Origin: the human T2T-CHM13v2.0 reference genome, Homo sapiens
DNA length: 64,000 nucleotides
Direction: 5' to 3' (one strand)
Assembly: GCF_009914755.1 (NCBI RefSeq)
Contig: NC_060937.1
Program-made: the position numbers and the translations under genes
In this document: positions 13,765 to 27,506 of the stretch, in pieces
Position numbering within the stretch: the stretch's first letter is position 1
Layout of the letters: the number at the start of each line of letters is the position of its first letter
Notes under the pieces: generated by a model
Database searches by the model: none
What the model was told of the DNA's origin: nothing
What the model saw: the letters and a program-made list of their open reading frames with translations, nothing else

Positions 13765-14518
13765 TGTAACAGGCCAAGCTAATCTTGCATGCTGCCCAAA
13801 AAAGCCAATGCACTGGGAACAGCAGGTATTGCAGCAAAGAAAGTTTAATTAACACAAGGCCAGCCAAGCAGGCTAATGGGATATTTATCTCAAATCTTTC
13901 TCTGGAAAGCTCAGAGGCTAGGACTTTAAAGAATTATTTGATGGGCAGGAAATGAAGAAATGGGTGCTGCTTATTGGTTGGAGATGAAATCATAGGGATG
14001 TCCAAATGGTCTTCATGTGCTGAGAGTTTCTAAAAGAGGGTTCCAAGACAGGATGAGCAAGTTTCTTGGTATGAATCATGGGTCTGGAAAGAGTCAGCTG
14101 GTTTCCATAATGCAAAAATCTGAAAAATATCTCAAATACCAATCTTAAGTTCTGACAACAGTGTTATTTTCTACAGGAGCAATTGGGGAAGTTACAAATC
14201 CTGTGACCTCCAGCTATGTGATTCTCAAGCAGTAAGTGATTATAGAAAGGCAAGATAGAAGACAATGACCAGTTATCATTTTACTATGCTTACATTTTAG
14301 CAGAATTCAGGGCCCTCCCATAATCCTATTCTTGTGAACTTTCATAGTCTTACAAAGATGGTTTTAGTCTCTGAGCAAAGAGGGGTTTAGTTTTGGAAAG
14401 CAACTATCATCTTTGTTTTAAAATTAACAAAGGCAATTAGCTTGTGAGGTTAAAAGCAAGATGGAGTCAGTTAGATTAGATTTCTCTCACTGAGATAATT
14501 TTTGCAAAGGTGTTTTTA
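13765..14518 (-). mobile_element. Solo LTR, LTR8/LTR8A-like (ERV1)
   Basis: Reverse complement begins AAACACCTTTGCAAAAATTATCTCAGTGAGAGAAATCTAA...GACTCCATCTTGCT, matching the recalled LTR8 5' end; other end GTTACA. Flanks CCTC/CTTC are a near-TSD. Confidence 0.8.
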
Positions 14519-16468
14519 CTTCCAGCCCCACTCTATGACAATGAGACCTAATAAAGCATTGCAAGCAAGGGCTAATTACCACTCCACTTCGCAGTACCCT
14601 TCCATATTGTTGGCAGGCACTAACAATGAGCCGAATCTCATCCAGTAGGCATCATCAAGACTGAACTCAAGACTCAAGGCTATAGGACTGAGGGCCAGTA
14701 AGAACGCCACTTGTCTTCAACCCTGTAGTCAACTGATTGCAATAGGGAGCTGACCCTCTACCCCTACCCAGCAGCAAAAAAAGTAGAATAAGAAAATGGA
14801 ATATTGATCTAGATGACATTTTAGTTTCATCAACTTCCTGTGGTGACAATGAACTCAGCAGAGAGCTGAACTTCTGCCTCTACCCTACTGCAAGAAATAA
14901 ATGATCAACAAAATGAAATAACAGGATCTAATTGCTCTATGTAGAACATGATAGCCAACAATTTTTTAGTGCTCATAAAACATTCATCAAAGATAGAAGA
15001 CATTATATTCCATAAAACTGTAACTAAATTTAAAGAAGTTAAAATTTTATAGCATTTTTTTCTGACCACTATGGAATCAAACTAGATTTCAAAAACACAG
15101 AAACCCTTGGAAATTTTCTAAAATATTAGAAATTCAATAATACACTACTAAATAATGTATAGATCAAAGAGATAGTCTCCAAGGAAATTTAATAATATAA
15201 ATAGGACTGAATGGAAATAACAATACAGCAAATCAAAATAACTGGGATGCAGCTAAAACAGTGCTGAGAGGTAAATGTATATCAATAAATGTTTACATTT
15301 TAAACGACAAAAGCTCTCAAATCAATCATCTAAGTTTCATCCTCAAGAAACCAGGAAGAAAAGAGCAAAATAAACTGAAAAGAGGTAAATAATAATGATT
15401 GATCAGAAATCAGTGAAACTGAAAAAAAAATAAACCAGTAGAGGAACAAAACACTACTTCTCTGACATAAAATAAAATTTATAAAACTTTAGCAGGAAGA
15501 ACAATAAAGAGAGAAGACATAATTTAACATGTCAAGTATAAAATAGAGATACCACTGTAGACACTGCATTTAGTAAAAGGATAATAAGTGAATATGAAGA
15601 GTAACTTTACATGCATAATTTCAACAACTCAGAAGAATGGACCGATTTCTTGAAAACTAAAATCTACCAAAACTTAGCCAAGATCTAATGAACAGTGTAA
15701 ACAGTTCTATAACTTTTGAAGCTGTTAAATTTAAAAGTGAAATCTGTTAAAAAAAATTGCCAGAATAAGATTATTTCAATGGTGAATTCTATCAAACAAT
15801 TAAAGAATAATTAACTACGCTCTTTTTTTTTTTTTTTTTACAATCTATTGTAAGGGAACACTTCCCTACTATTTTGTAAAGTTGCTATGACTCTGATACC
15901 AAACCTAAACAAAAATGATATTTTTAAAAAGAAAAGAAAACTGGAGAAAATGTCATCCATAAACATAGATGATAAAACCATCAACAAAATATTAGCAAAT
16001 CCTATCGAGAAATGTGCAAAAAGAAGGATACCCCATGACCAAATGAACTTTATTCAAGTCATGCAAGACTTTGTTAACAGTTGAAAACTAATGAAATCTT
16101 CATAATAGTGGGCTGAAGAAAAAAATCAGAGTAATCTTACCATTTTACATGGACTAATTTCCACATCCATTTCAGAATGATTTTTTTTTAAAACTAGAAA
16201 TAGAGGGAAACGTCTTTGACTTGATGTAGTGCATCTACAGAGCACCCACAGCTAACATTATACTTAATAGTGAACGTCAAATGCTGTTTTTCTAAGATTG
16301 GGAACAAGGCAAGGGCGTTTGCTTTTGCAACATTTCTTCAACATAATACTGGAAGATCATGCCACTGTGAGAAGGGGAAAAAAAGAAAAAAAATCGTGCA
16401 TACAGATTGAAAGAAATAAAGCTTTTTTTTCGATGACATGATTGTCTATGTAGATAATCCCAAGGGAG

Positions 16469-16470
<2 letters not shown>

Positions 16471-16515
<45 letters not shown>
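16471..16515. repeat. (AC)22 microsatellite inside L1
   Basis: Perfect dinucleotide run. Confidence 0.95.
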
Positions 16516-16518
<3 letters not shown>

Positions 16519-19500
16519 TCCTAGAACAAATACATGAGTTAAGTAAAGTCACAGGATATAAGAGCAATTGTATAAAGAAATATACAATTGATTAAAAAAT
16601 ACAGTTGCTACATAAATTGATATATGAATATAAATTAATTTATTTCTATATGCTGACAACAAACAAGTGAAAACTGAAATTAAAAATGCAACATTATTTA
16701 CTAGTGTTTCAAAGAAAGTAGGTAGCTCTATACTTAGCCAAATATATATAGTATTTATATGCTAAAAAGTATAAAATCCTGATGAAATAAACCAAAGCAG
16801 TCCCAAATAGAGAAATACACTGTGTAAATGGATAGGAAAACCAAAATAATTCATAAGTTCCTATATCTGTCCATCAAAATATCAGTGATGCTTTATAAAG
16901 CACCGAGAAGCTCATTCTAAAATTTATATGAAATAGCACAGAACCAAGGATAGCTAAAATTATCTTGAAAAAGAAGTGGTATCAATTGCTCTGTCAGATG
17001 TTAAGCCTTACTGTGTAACTACAATTTGTAAAAGAATGTGGCATTCATGAAGGAGAAGCCTCAGTTCAATGAAACAGAAGCAAGAACCATGAGAATAGAG
17101 AATCCAGAAAGAGTTTCAAAAAATTAGACCAACAGATTTTTAACAATAGTGTAAAAATGATCCCATGGAAGGAGAAAGTTTTTACTACATAGTATTGGAG
17201 TAATTGGATATCCATAAGTACAAAATCTTTTACAAAAGATCCTTTAACTAAAACTCACATATTTTATAAAAAAATAACTAAAAATAGGGTCATGGGCCTA
17301 ATTTAAAATGCAAAGCTGAAAAACTTTTTAGAAAAAAATAAAATAGTAAAGAAAAAATCTTGTGGCTAAGACATAGGGCTAGGTGAAGAGTTCTTGGTCT
17401 TAACACTAAAAGCACAATCCATAAAATAAAAACTGATAAACTGACATCCACAAAATGAAAACTTTTTTTTTCTGTGAAAACTCATGTGAAGAGAAAGAAA
17501 ATCTAAGCTATAGACTGAAAGAAAATATTTTCAATCCATATATCCAACAAATGTATTTCATCTAAAATATATAACAGACTCTCAAAACTCAACAGTATAA
17601 AACCAAATTGTCCAATTAGAAAATGGGCAATAGATGAAGAGAAATTTTCCAAATAGTGTATACAGTTGATAAAAAGCACATAAAAAAGATGTTCAACATC
17701 ATTAACCATTAGGGAAAGGCAAATTAAAGCCATAGTGAGATATCACTACACATTTAGAATGAGGAAAATCAAATAGGATTAACATCAAATGTTCATAAGC
17801 ATATGAAGTAACTAGCTGGCCCACTCTGACATTGCTAGCCGGAATGTAAAACAGACCAGTCACCTGGAAAAGGTTGTTGCAATTTCTTACATAACTAAAC
17901 ATTTGTTTATAATATATTCTGGGAATTGTACTTTGGGCATTCAATTCAGAAAAATGAACACTTATATTCATTAAGCTTGAAAGTAAATATTTATAAGCAC
18001 CTTTGTTCATAATAGCCAAAAACTGGAAATAATCCCAATATCCTTCAATACATGAATAGTTGAACAAACTGTGGTATATCTATGCTATAAAATAATACTC
18101 AGTGATAAAAAGCAACAAAAAGGATATAGCAATTTAGATGTTAAATAATTATTCTGACTAAAAATGCTAATCTCAAAAGGTTGCATACTGTACAATTGCA
18201 TCTATATTACATTCATGGAATAATAAAAATACAGAGATTCAGAGCAGGTTAGTTATTGCCAGGGATTAGGAAGCAGAGGTTAGAAGCGGCTAAGCTTACA
18301 AAAGGAGATCCTTATGATGCAGCTGTTGTGTATATTGACTGTGAGGGGGTGGTAAAACAAATCTGCAGATGGGACAAAATTGCATAGAACTAAGGCCACA
18401 TACACACATATCCATGCACACACACGCAAGAATTCATGTAAATCTGGTGAAATCTGAATAAGGTGGATGGATCAGGTCAATGTCAATTTTCTGGTTTTGA
18501 TATTATACTGCTGCTAGGCAAGAGGTTACCACCACAGGAAACTGGGTGAAGGGTATATAGATTTTCTCTCGGTATTAGTTTTTCCAACTGAAGGGGAATC
18601 TATAATTATGTCAAAAATAAATAAATAAATCCATCCCGTGGTGACACAAATGTAATGTATAAAAATCATGTAATTAAAATCATGTAATTTTTAATGTTTG
18701 ATGGGATATTGCTTAACGCTAAGAAAATCATTTCTGTTTACCTACTTTTATGAAAAATATATGCTCTTGAGAAGAACTTCTCACATTTTCTTATGTACAT
18801 TCCTGTGTCATCAACTCATGAAAGGTAGCAAGTGATGCAAACTGATGTGTGAATTGCCATAAAACAATACCTGAAATATTTAAATCAAATAAAAATTTGT
18901 TACAAATTTGATTTCAAAGATATTTTGCTTCTATTCCAGAGTTGAACTGTCCCTTAGAGCAGTGATTACATTTTAATAGTTTTTCTAACCTTTAATATAT
19001 GAATATTACATATTATATTAATATATATATTCTTACTTAGATAATTACTTAAAAAATAAATTCAGTTTCAATTACTTTAGGATAACCTGGTGCAAATAGT
19101 CCCCTGTATGTATTATGTGCCATGGTTTTCAACCCTGCCTCTAAACCAATAACCTTACTTTATTCTATATTTGAACATCATATTTCATTTATTTGCTGCA
19201 TTTTTGTTCTCCAAAAAATTACTATTGTTCTATTTAGTGCTAATTTCCCTTTTTTCTCTAAAATATTTTAGGGATTGATGTGTATTTAAAACCTTGTCAT
19301 GATTATGAGGGGTGAATGACTTATAGTTTTATCTTGGCTTGAAAATCAATTTTATCTTCTTGTTGACTGCATTTTATGTTTTCTTTACTCTCATCCTAAA
19401 AAAAAGTTCTGAAATGAAGCCAAGTTATGATGAGATGTCCTCTGAAGTAATCAAATATTACACTGAGAGTCATCCATCACAGAAGGCCCACAAGTTTTTG

Positions 19501-20175
19501 TTACCTATATCCTTGGAAAATGTGAATTAAGTAATTACAAATAAACAGTGGACAATATCATTTATGCTGTTTCATTGTGTTAACTTAAATGGCTGGTTGG
19601 CAGCTCTAAAGCTGGGCCAGAGACAGGGGAATGCCATATATTTGTATGAGTGATTCATAATTTGAGGTCAATATCGTGCTTCAAATACAAATGACATATC
19701 TAATGTGGAATGTAAGAGCAAAACCATATGTCCAAATTATGTATATTTCCGTTTTATTTTGGGCGAGGTCAGTTTGATTAATATACATAGCTGAGCTTTA
19801 AATACAGAATGGAATCAAGAAATTAGGTTTGGTAAAAAGAAGTTTTAAAGAGAACAAGGTGGTCAATTCTACATCAATCATAGATTACATCAAAAGTCAT
19901 TCAATGGCAACAGCTAAGAGAAAAATATCTTAGCTAATTCTTTGTTTTAAAGATATTCTATAATTTATATTTCATTACTCTTTTATTGTAAATTGGAAGG
20001 TAAAATATATGTTTCTGTGTGATGTGGGCATGTGTGTGTAGAAGTCCACTGTGCCTTGTCAATAAAACATCACGTAGTAATTTTAAATAGGGTTTTCTTT
20101 CTGATGAGCTCTAAAATCATCACCATTATATGCAAAATATGAAAGTAGTAAATAATATAAAATAAACCATTATGT

Positions 20176-20475
20176 GGCTGGGCACAGTGGCTCACGCCTG
20201 TTATCCCAGCACTTCGGGATACCAAGGCGGGCGAATCACTTGAGGTCAGGAGTTCGAGACCAGCCTGACCAACATGGTGAAACCCATCTCTACCCAAAAT
20301 ACAAAAATTAGCCAGGTGCCATCATGGGTACCTGTAACTGCTCGAGAGGCTGAAGCATGAAAATCACTTGAACCCTGGACATGGAGGTAGCCATAAGCCG
20401 AGATCGTGCCAATGCACTCCAGCCTGGGCAACAGAATGAGACTCTGTCTCAGAATAAATAAATAAATAAATAAAC
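20176..20475 (+). mobile_element. AluS (Sx-like) with (AAAT)n tail
   Basis: Alu dimer; TSD AAACCATTATG at 20164-20174 and 20476-20486. Confidence 0.95.
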
Positions 20476-20755
20476 AAACCATTATGCTTTCTTAAAGGGC
20501 AGATAAAACATTTCTCTTAAAAGTGAAAAATATACTGTAGTTATAACAAAAATTTATTTTTCTTTTGTCCACATATTTGTGCCATGGTCCTCAAACCTTT
20601 CAGAATATCTAGCCCATGTATTGATTCTAAGATGAAAGAAAAAATTTTGTGAATGAATATTGGGTACAAAAAATAATTATGCAGTTGGGGTTATCAGCCT
20701 AATTCAGTGAATCTACATAAGAAATAACATGGGTATCTCATGTGACTTAAGAAAC

Positions 20756-22805
20756 TGCATTCCCACCAACAGTGTATAAGCATTTCCTTTCCTCGGCAGC
20801 CTCACCAGCATTTGTTTTTTGACTTTGTAGTAATAGCCATTCTAATGGGTGTGAGATAGCATCTCTTTGTGGTTTTGATTTGCATTTCTCTGATGATTAA
20901 TAATGCTGAGCATTTTTTATATGTTTGTTGTCATTTGTATATCTTCTTTTGAGAATTATCTGTTCATAATTTTTGCCCATTTTTAATGGAGTTATTTGTT
21001 TTTTGCTTGTTGTTTTAAGTTCCCTAGAGCGTCTAGATATTAGGCTATTGTCAGATGCATAGTTTGCAAATATCTTCTCTCATTCTGTAGGTTGTCTGTT
21101 TGCTCTATTAATAGTTTATTTTGCTGGGAAGAAGCTCTTAATTTAATTAGGTCCCACTAGTCTAGTTTTGTTTTCACTGCAATTGCTTTTGGGGACTTAG
21201 CAAAAAAACTTTTGCCAAGCTTGATGTCGAGAAGAGTATTTCCTATTTTTGTCTTTCAGGATTTTTATAGTTTGAAGTCTTACATTTAAATTTTTAATAC
21301 ATTTTGAGTTAACTTTTATATATGGTGTAACGCAAAGGTCTGGCTTCAATCTTCTGCATATGGCTAGCCAATTATCCCAGCACCATTTTTTGAATAAGGT
21401 GTCCTTTCCCCATTGCTTGTCTTTGTTGACCTTGTTGAAGATCAGATGATTGTAAGTGTATAGCTTTCTTTCACAGTTTTCTATTTTGTTCCATTGGTCT
21501 ATGGGTCTGTTTTTGTACCAGTACCATGCCATTTGGGTTAATTTAGCCTTATAGTATAATTTGAAGACAGATTGGGTGATGCCTCTAGCTTTGCTCTTTT
21601 CACTTAGGATTACTTTGTCTGTTTGGGCTCTATTTTGGTTCTATATAAATTTTAGAATAATTTTTTTCCAATTCTATGAAGAATGATGTTGGTAGTTCGA
21701 TTGGAATAGCACTGAATTGATAGATTTCTTTGTGCATTATGGCCATTTAAAAAATATTGATTCTTCCAATCAATAGTGGAATGTATTTCCATTTATTTGT
21801 GTAATTTCTGATTTCTTTCAGCAATGTGTTGCAGTTCTTGTTGCAGAGATCTTTCACCTCTTTGGTTATATATATTTCTAGGTATTTCTATTTTTTGTGG
21901 TTATTATAAGTGGGATTGTGTTCTTGGTTTCACTCAGTCTGGACATTGTTGGTGCACAGATATTCTACTGATTTTTATACATTCATTTTATATCCTAGAA
22001 CTTTATTAAAGTCGTTTATCAATTCTAGGAGTCTTTTGGCACAGTCTTTAGCATTTCCTAATTATAGAATTATATCATCAGTGAAGAAAGATAGTTTTAC
22101 TTCTTTTTTTCCTATTTTGGTGCCTTTTATTTATTTCTCTTGCCTGATTGCTCTGGCTAGGACTTCCAGTACTACGTTGAATAGGAGTTGTGAGCATGGG
22201 CAACCTTGTCTTGTTCCAGTTCTCAAGGGGGATAGTTCGAGCTTTCACTCTGTCAGTATGATGTTGGCTGTAGGTTTGTCACAAACAGCTCTTATTATCT
22301 TGAGGCATATTTTCAATGCCTGGTCTTTTGAGAATTTTTATCGTGCATCTTATCGAATGCTTTCTCTGCATCTATTGAAATGATCATATGGTTTCTATTT
22401 TTGATTCTGTTTATATGGTGAATCACATTTACTGATTCTTGGATGTTGAACCAGCCTTGCATCTGAGGGACAAAACCTTTTTGTTCATAGTGTGTGAACT
22501 TCTTGATATGCTGCTGGATTTGATTTGCTAGTATTTTGTTGAGGATTTTTGCTTCTATGTTCATTTGGTATATTAGTCTGAAATTTTCTTTTTCTGTTGA
22601 GTCTCTGCCAGATTTTGGTATCAGGCTGTTGCTGGCTACACAGAATGGGTTAGGGAAGAGCTCATCCTTCCCAATTCCTTAGATTAGTTTTAGTAGGATT
22701 GGTACCAGTTCTTCTTTGTGTGTCTGATAGAATTCAGCAGCGAATTCATCCTCCAGAACTTTTTTGCTTGACAAGTTCTTTATTAGTCATTCAATTTCAG
22801 AAGTC
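20756..22805 (-). mobile_element. L1PA15-17-like ORF2 fragment, inverted part of a twin-primed insertion
   Basis: Minus-strand ORFs match L1 ORF2p motifs ([14 protein letters not shown]; [22 protein letters not shown]...[12 protein letters not shown]). Confidence 0.88.
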
Positions 22806-23390
22806 ACAGTCTGGAGGTTTCTCAAAGAACTTCAAACAGGGCTAACATTTAACCCAGCAATGCCATTACTAGATATATACATCCCCCAAAAAAAATCATT
22901 TTACCTAAAAGACACATGCATTTGTATGTTCATCACTGTGCTATTAACAATAGCAAAGACATGGAATCAACCCAAGTGCCCATCAGTGTTAGATCGGATA
23001 AAGAAAATGTGGTACATATAAACCATGGAATACCACACAGCCATAAAAAAGAATAAAATTATGTCCTTTGCAGCAACATGGATAGAGCCATAATCCTAAG
23101 CAAATTAATACAGGACTACCCAACTAAATACCATATGTTCTCATTTATAACTGAGAGCTAAGCATTCAGAACATATGAGCATAGCTACAGAAACAAAAGA
23201 CACTGTGAATTACTAGAGGGTGGAGTGAGGGGAAGTGGGTTGATGAACTACCTATCAGGTACTAAGCTTACTACCAGGGTGACCAGATCTGTACTCCAAA
23301 CCTCAGCATCATGCAGTATCCCCATGTAACAAATCTGCACCTATATACCCTGTATCTAAAATAAAATTTGAATTTTTTTCAAAAAATAAA
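22806..23390 (+). mobile_element. L1PA15-17-like ORF2 C-terminus and 3' UTR
   Basis: VWRFLKEL...IAKTWNQPKCPS...IKKMWYI; 3' UTR CCAAACCTCAGCATCATGCAG...CCCATGTAACAAATCTGCAC...CTAAAATAAAA. Confidence 0.88.
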
Positions 23391-25255
23391 ATTCAGATGA
23401 CTTACCTCCTCCAAAGAATTCCACCTTCAGCCAATTTTACCTCAGTTCCACAGTGGAACTTATATGTTATTAAACTTAGGCACCTCCTTAGCTAGATAAA
23501 TCTTGCCATTCCACTGCAAATACCAGAGTGTTAGCATACGTTAAACAAATAAGAGTTCCTTGGGAATAGGCAGGACCTCTTGTTATGGTAGGAAGATAAA
23601 CTGGCTCAAAGTTAATGCATAGGACTCCCTGTGTACAGACAAGGGTCTAAGTGCTGATCAGTGTCCAGAGACAAGATTGGCGCCATTTTTAAAGAATAAA
23701 AATACAAGTCTGTGTTCTGCTTGGTGTGCTAAAGAGCAAGTTGATGCATTTTCTCATGTATTTGATCAGCCTAGACTTGGTCTGCAATTAAACTAATAAA
23801 CTACTATTAAGTGAATTCTGAAAATAATACTGGAGAACATGTATAGTTTTATGTAGAAAAAGTAAATTAAATTAATTCCTCTAATTTTTCTGTGTATTTT
23901 TAATTTATTTTCACTTAAAAATGAGACTAGCCAACTAACCTGTGATTGTAATTTTAGGTAATTAATTTTACTAGAGGAAGGTAGATTGCACATAACAAGA
24001 ACTGATTACTGACAATACAAATAAAATTATTTAAATATGTTATATTCATATATAACCCAGGAAATTTTAAAAAATGAGTGTATGTTCTGATTGGTGTGCA
24101 AAAGGGCAAGTTGATGCATTTCCACATGCATTTGATCAATTATTACCAACCTTTGAATAGACACAGTGAAGGGAGGTATTTTTAAAAAATCTTTGTTAGA
24201 TAAATTTGGTCTGTACACATATTTCACTAATAATGTAGTTCTTAAATTACACTGCCTTAATAATATATTATATAAATGAGAAATTAAAATAATAACCTCA
24301 AAAAAGCATCTTTTGTAATGTTTGAATCTATAGGTTAAAGTAATACTATGCCAAAATTTAAACTAAGCATTTTAGATGGCCCCAAGGTACCAGTGTACCA
24401 ACAAAAATTATCAGGTTGGAAGATTCTAGATTTGACCTTGTGTAAGTGTTTAAGAGATATCCTTAAAGAAGACTCCAGATAAATCACAAGGAATAGAAAG
24501 GGTATTTCTGCTCGCCTCATTTCTAGGCTGATCTTTTGCACTTTTACAGCCACCCACGGTAACAATTTGCAGTCTTATACTCCCCTTCCTTATGCTGAAA
24601 ACATGTTTGCCCCCTTCATATGTGTTAATGTGCCTGAAATCTCCAAATTGGATGGAAGTAAATGGGCTCTTTCAATATCACTTTTCCCCTTGGGATAATA
24701 GTTTATCACAGTCTTGTGGAAACTTATGTTAACAGTTTACTTAAGTAGACACAACAATCAGCAGTTAAAGCTTGGCTTATTGGGGAGTGGGAAAGACAAA
24801 GAAGTAGGTAATAGAAAAATCGGATTGTTTGGTTTCCCTTTTCTCTTCCTCTTAGCTCCTGGAATGAATGCTCTTACAGCTCAGACGTCTCTTTTTTTAA
24901 GACGAATTGTGACTATACTGAGACCAGGGCTTATCAGTTTTTGTATCCAAAGAAATCTTTATATTTATAAATCGATGCTTTAGGTTAAAGGCAGCTTTCT
25001 ATAACTGTGGGTTAGCGCTCTTAAAGTGCTTATCCAAATTCCTATTCTACAGGAATGAGAATTTACATTTCATCTGTGTCTCCCAAGATTGCCACAATGG
25101 TGACCTCACTTGTGTCTAATAATTTTTTTATTACTAAATTTAGCACATTAGAAACAGGAAATTTTGGCCTTTTCTTTGGAGTTAGCAACTCTGTTACTTC
25201 CATATGCTTAAGCATTTGTTACTTGCTCTCATGCCTTCATCCAGTTTAATTAGCT

Positions 25256-25647
25256 AATTCGTAAATTTTAAACTTCATGTCACTCTGCAAAGCATGATAA
25301 AATCTCATGCTGTCCCTCCCTTTAGTCATTCTCATCCCATGCTGCTGTCAGAGGCATTTTATCATTTCACATCAACACAAGAAGGGTGAGTACCGTACAA
25401 CAAGATACTTTGAGAGAGAGACCACAGTTACATAATTTTTTACAGCATATTGTTACAATTGTTCTTTTGTTTTTTGTAAGTTATTGTTGTTAATCTCTTA
25501 TTATTCCTGGTGCATTAATTAAACTTTATTATAGGTATGCATATGTAGGGGAATAATGGCATCTATAGGATTTGGCACTATCCATAATTTCAGGCAATCC
25601 CTGGGGGTCCTGGAGCACATCACTCATGGATAAGGGCAGATGACTGT
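25256..25647. mobile_element. MER2/Tigger2-derived DNA transposon fossil
   Basis: GAAGGGTGAGTAC...GAGAGAGAGACCACA and terminal TTTCAGGCAATCCCTGGGGGTCCTGGAGCAC...GGATAAGGG...ACTG followed by TA. Confidence 0.75.
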
Positions 25648-27141
25648 ATATTATGCTACATGATTATTACTCAGAATAAATAGTATACTACATATGTTTT
25701 TACTTGAATCTTTTAAATGTTCTATTGTGAAATAAGAATGTGGAAAGCTGCATAGAATCAAACCATACAATTTAGCCAATAATTATGAAGCAAACACCCG
25801 AGTAAATACTATTTACTTCCAGAATTTGCCTTCACCTGTCCTGTCAGTTATAACTCGTCCCTCCTCTATTTAGCTAGTCACTATAATGGATATATTTTTC
25901 TTGCGTAGCTCACTTTTAAGCATAATAACACCTGGCAAGTGTGTTTTCAAATAATATATATAAATATGAATTGCAAATTAAGCTCTAGCAAGCTATTAGA
26001 AGCTAAATTACTACTATCACATCTTCTTATAATCTAGGCACATTACAGGGAAAAGTATTATTTATCCCAATTGAACCTGATGAAATTGAAATTGTTCTCC
26101 ATAAAGTATCATAATTTACAGAGTTGTAAATTTTAGAACCAGTTCTGACACCCAGTCTTCATGCCTCTTTCACTCATTTCTTTTTTTTCCTGACAAAATA
26201 GAAAGACAATGTAAAAAGAAACTGCATTATGAATACAAAGGTGTTCTTGGTTCTCTTCCAAGGTCAGCTATCATCTTTGCTTTGTGTACTGGGTAAATCA
26301 CTTAATGTTTTTTTATATAGAAATGAATATAAAGTTAAATGGTAGACATCAAACTACCTACTAAATTAAGTGACTGTCAAAACTGTGACTGTTATTTTTC
26401 TCTTAAACAGAAATTCTAGTCAAGGGACAAAATAATTATTAAATATAATAATGATTAGGTGATAACTATCATTTATGAATTGCTTATTAATTGTCAAGCT
26501 TGCTAAGTACCATATATGCAGTTTATGATTTATCCTTATTGACTTAAAATCAAGAATGAAATCCAAATCCACTCCATCCAGATTCCTCACTTTTATCAGT
26601 TCTCCTGTATCATCAGCTGTATATGTCTATAGCTGTATCTATATTTATTCATCTATGTATCTAGATACCTATACATGTGAATACACAAACCTATATAATA
26701 AAATAGGAAAAATTTTATACAGTTTAATTTGTGATTAAGATAATTATATACATTGTATATGTGCCTATAAATGTGATTTTTACTGCAAAAAACATTCTAG
26801 ATTATTTATTAAATCAAATACTTGAACTATTTTAAAAGTTAATTATAGTTACATATGTGAATACATTTTAAGAACTAAAAGAAATGAAAGCATTTTAACT
26901 TAAATGATGTGTCACTAAACCTATTTATTAAGCTATTATCATGTAGTAGCTTTATAGCTGACAATCTCTTTAGAAATGCATGTGATAACCAGTGATGTGG
27001 TCAAGATTTCAATAAAAAGCATATTCCTTTCATTAATATGTTTATAGAATGTCTAATATTGATGAGGATCTTCTATGTAGAATTATATGTAAAAGGACTT
27101 ATGTCTTATTTTACCAAAATAAAATAGTGTTTCAAAGGTAC

Positions 27142-27506
27142 TGTTATAGTTTGGCTGTGTCTCCACCCAAATCTCATCTTGAATTTTAGTTCTCAGAATT
27201 CCCACGTGTTGTGAGAAGGACCTGGTGGGAGATAATTGAATCATGGGGACGATTTCCCCCATACTGTTCTCATGGTAGTGAATAAATATCATGAGAATTG
27301 ATGGTTTTATAAGGGGTTTCCACTTTCACTCCTCTCTCATTCTCTCTTTGCTGGCTGCCATGTAAAAGACATGCCTTTCACCTTCCACCATGATTGTGAG
27401 GCCTCCCCAGGAACCTGGAACTGTGAGTCCATTAAACCTCTTTTTCTTTATAAGTTACATAGTCTCGGGTATGTCTTTATCAGCAGCATGAAAACGGACT
27501 AATACA
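27142..27506 (+). mobile_element. THE1B/C solo LTR (MaLR)
   Basis: TG..ATAGTTTGGCTGTGTC...GACTAATACA; perfect 5-bp TSD GGTAC at 27137-27141 and 27507-27511. Confidence 0.92.

Larger units (their letters stand above)
13143..18630 (+). mobile_element. Old L1 (L1MD-like): putative 5' region plus degenerate ORF2 and 3' UTR, interrupted by LTR8
   Basis: ORF2 remnants from ~14900 (e.g. ORF 15887: NIDDKTINKILANPI). 3' UTR GTAAATCTGGTGAAATCTGAATAAGG...GGAAACTGGGTGAAGGGTA...AATAAA. The 5' part (CTTCCAGCCAAGAT at ~13145) is less certain. Confidence 0.7.
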
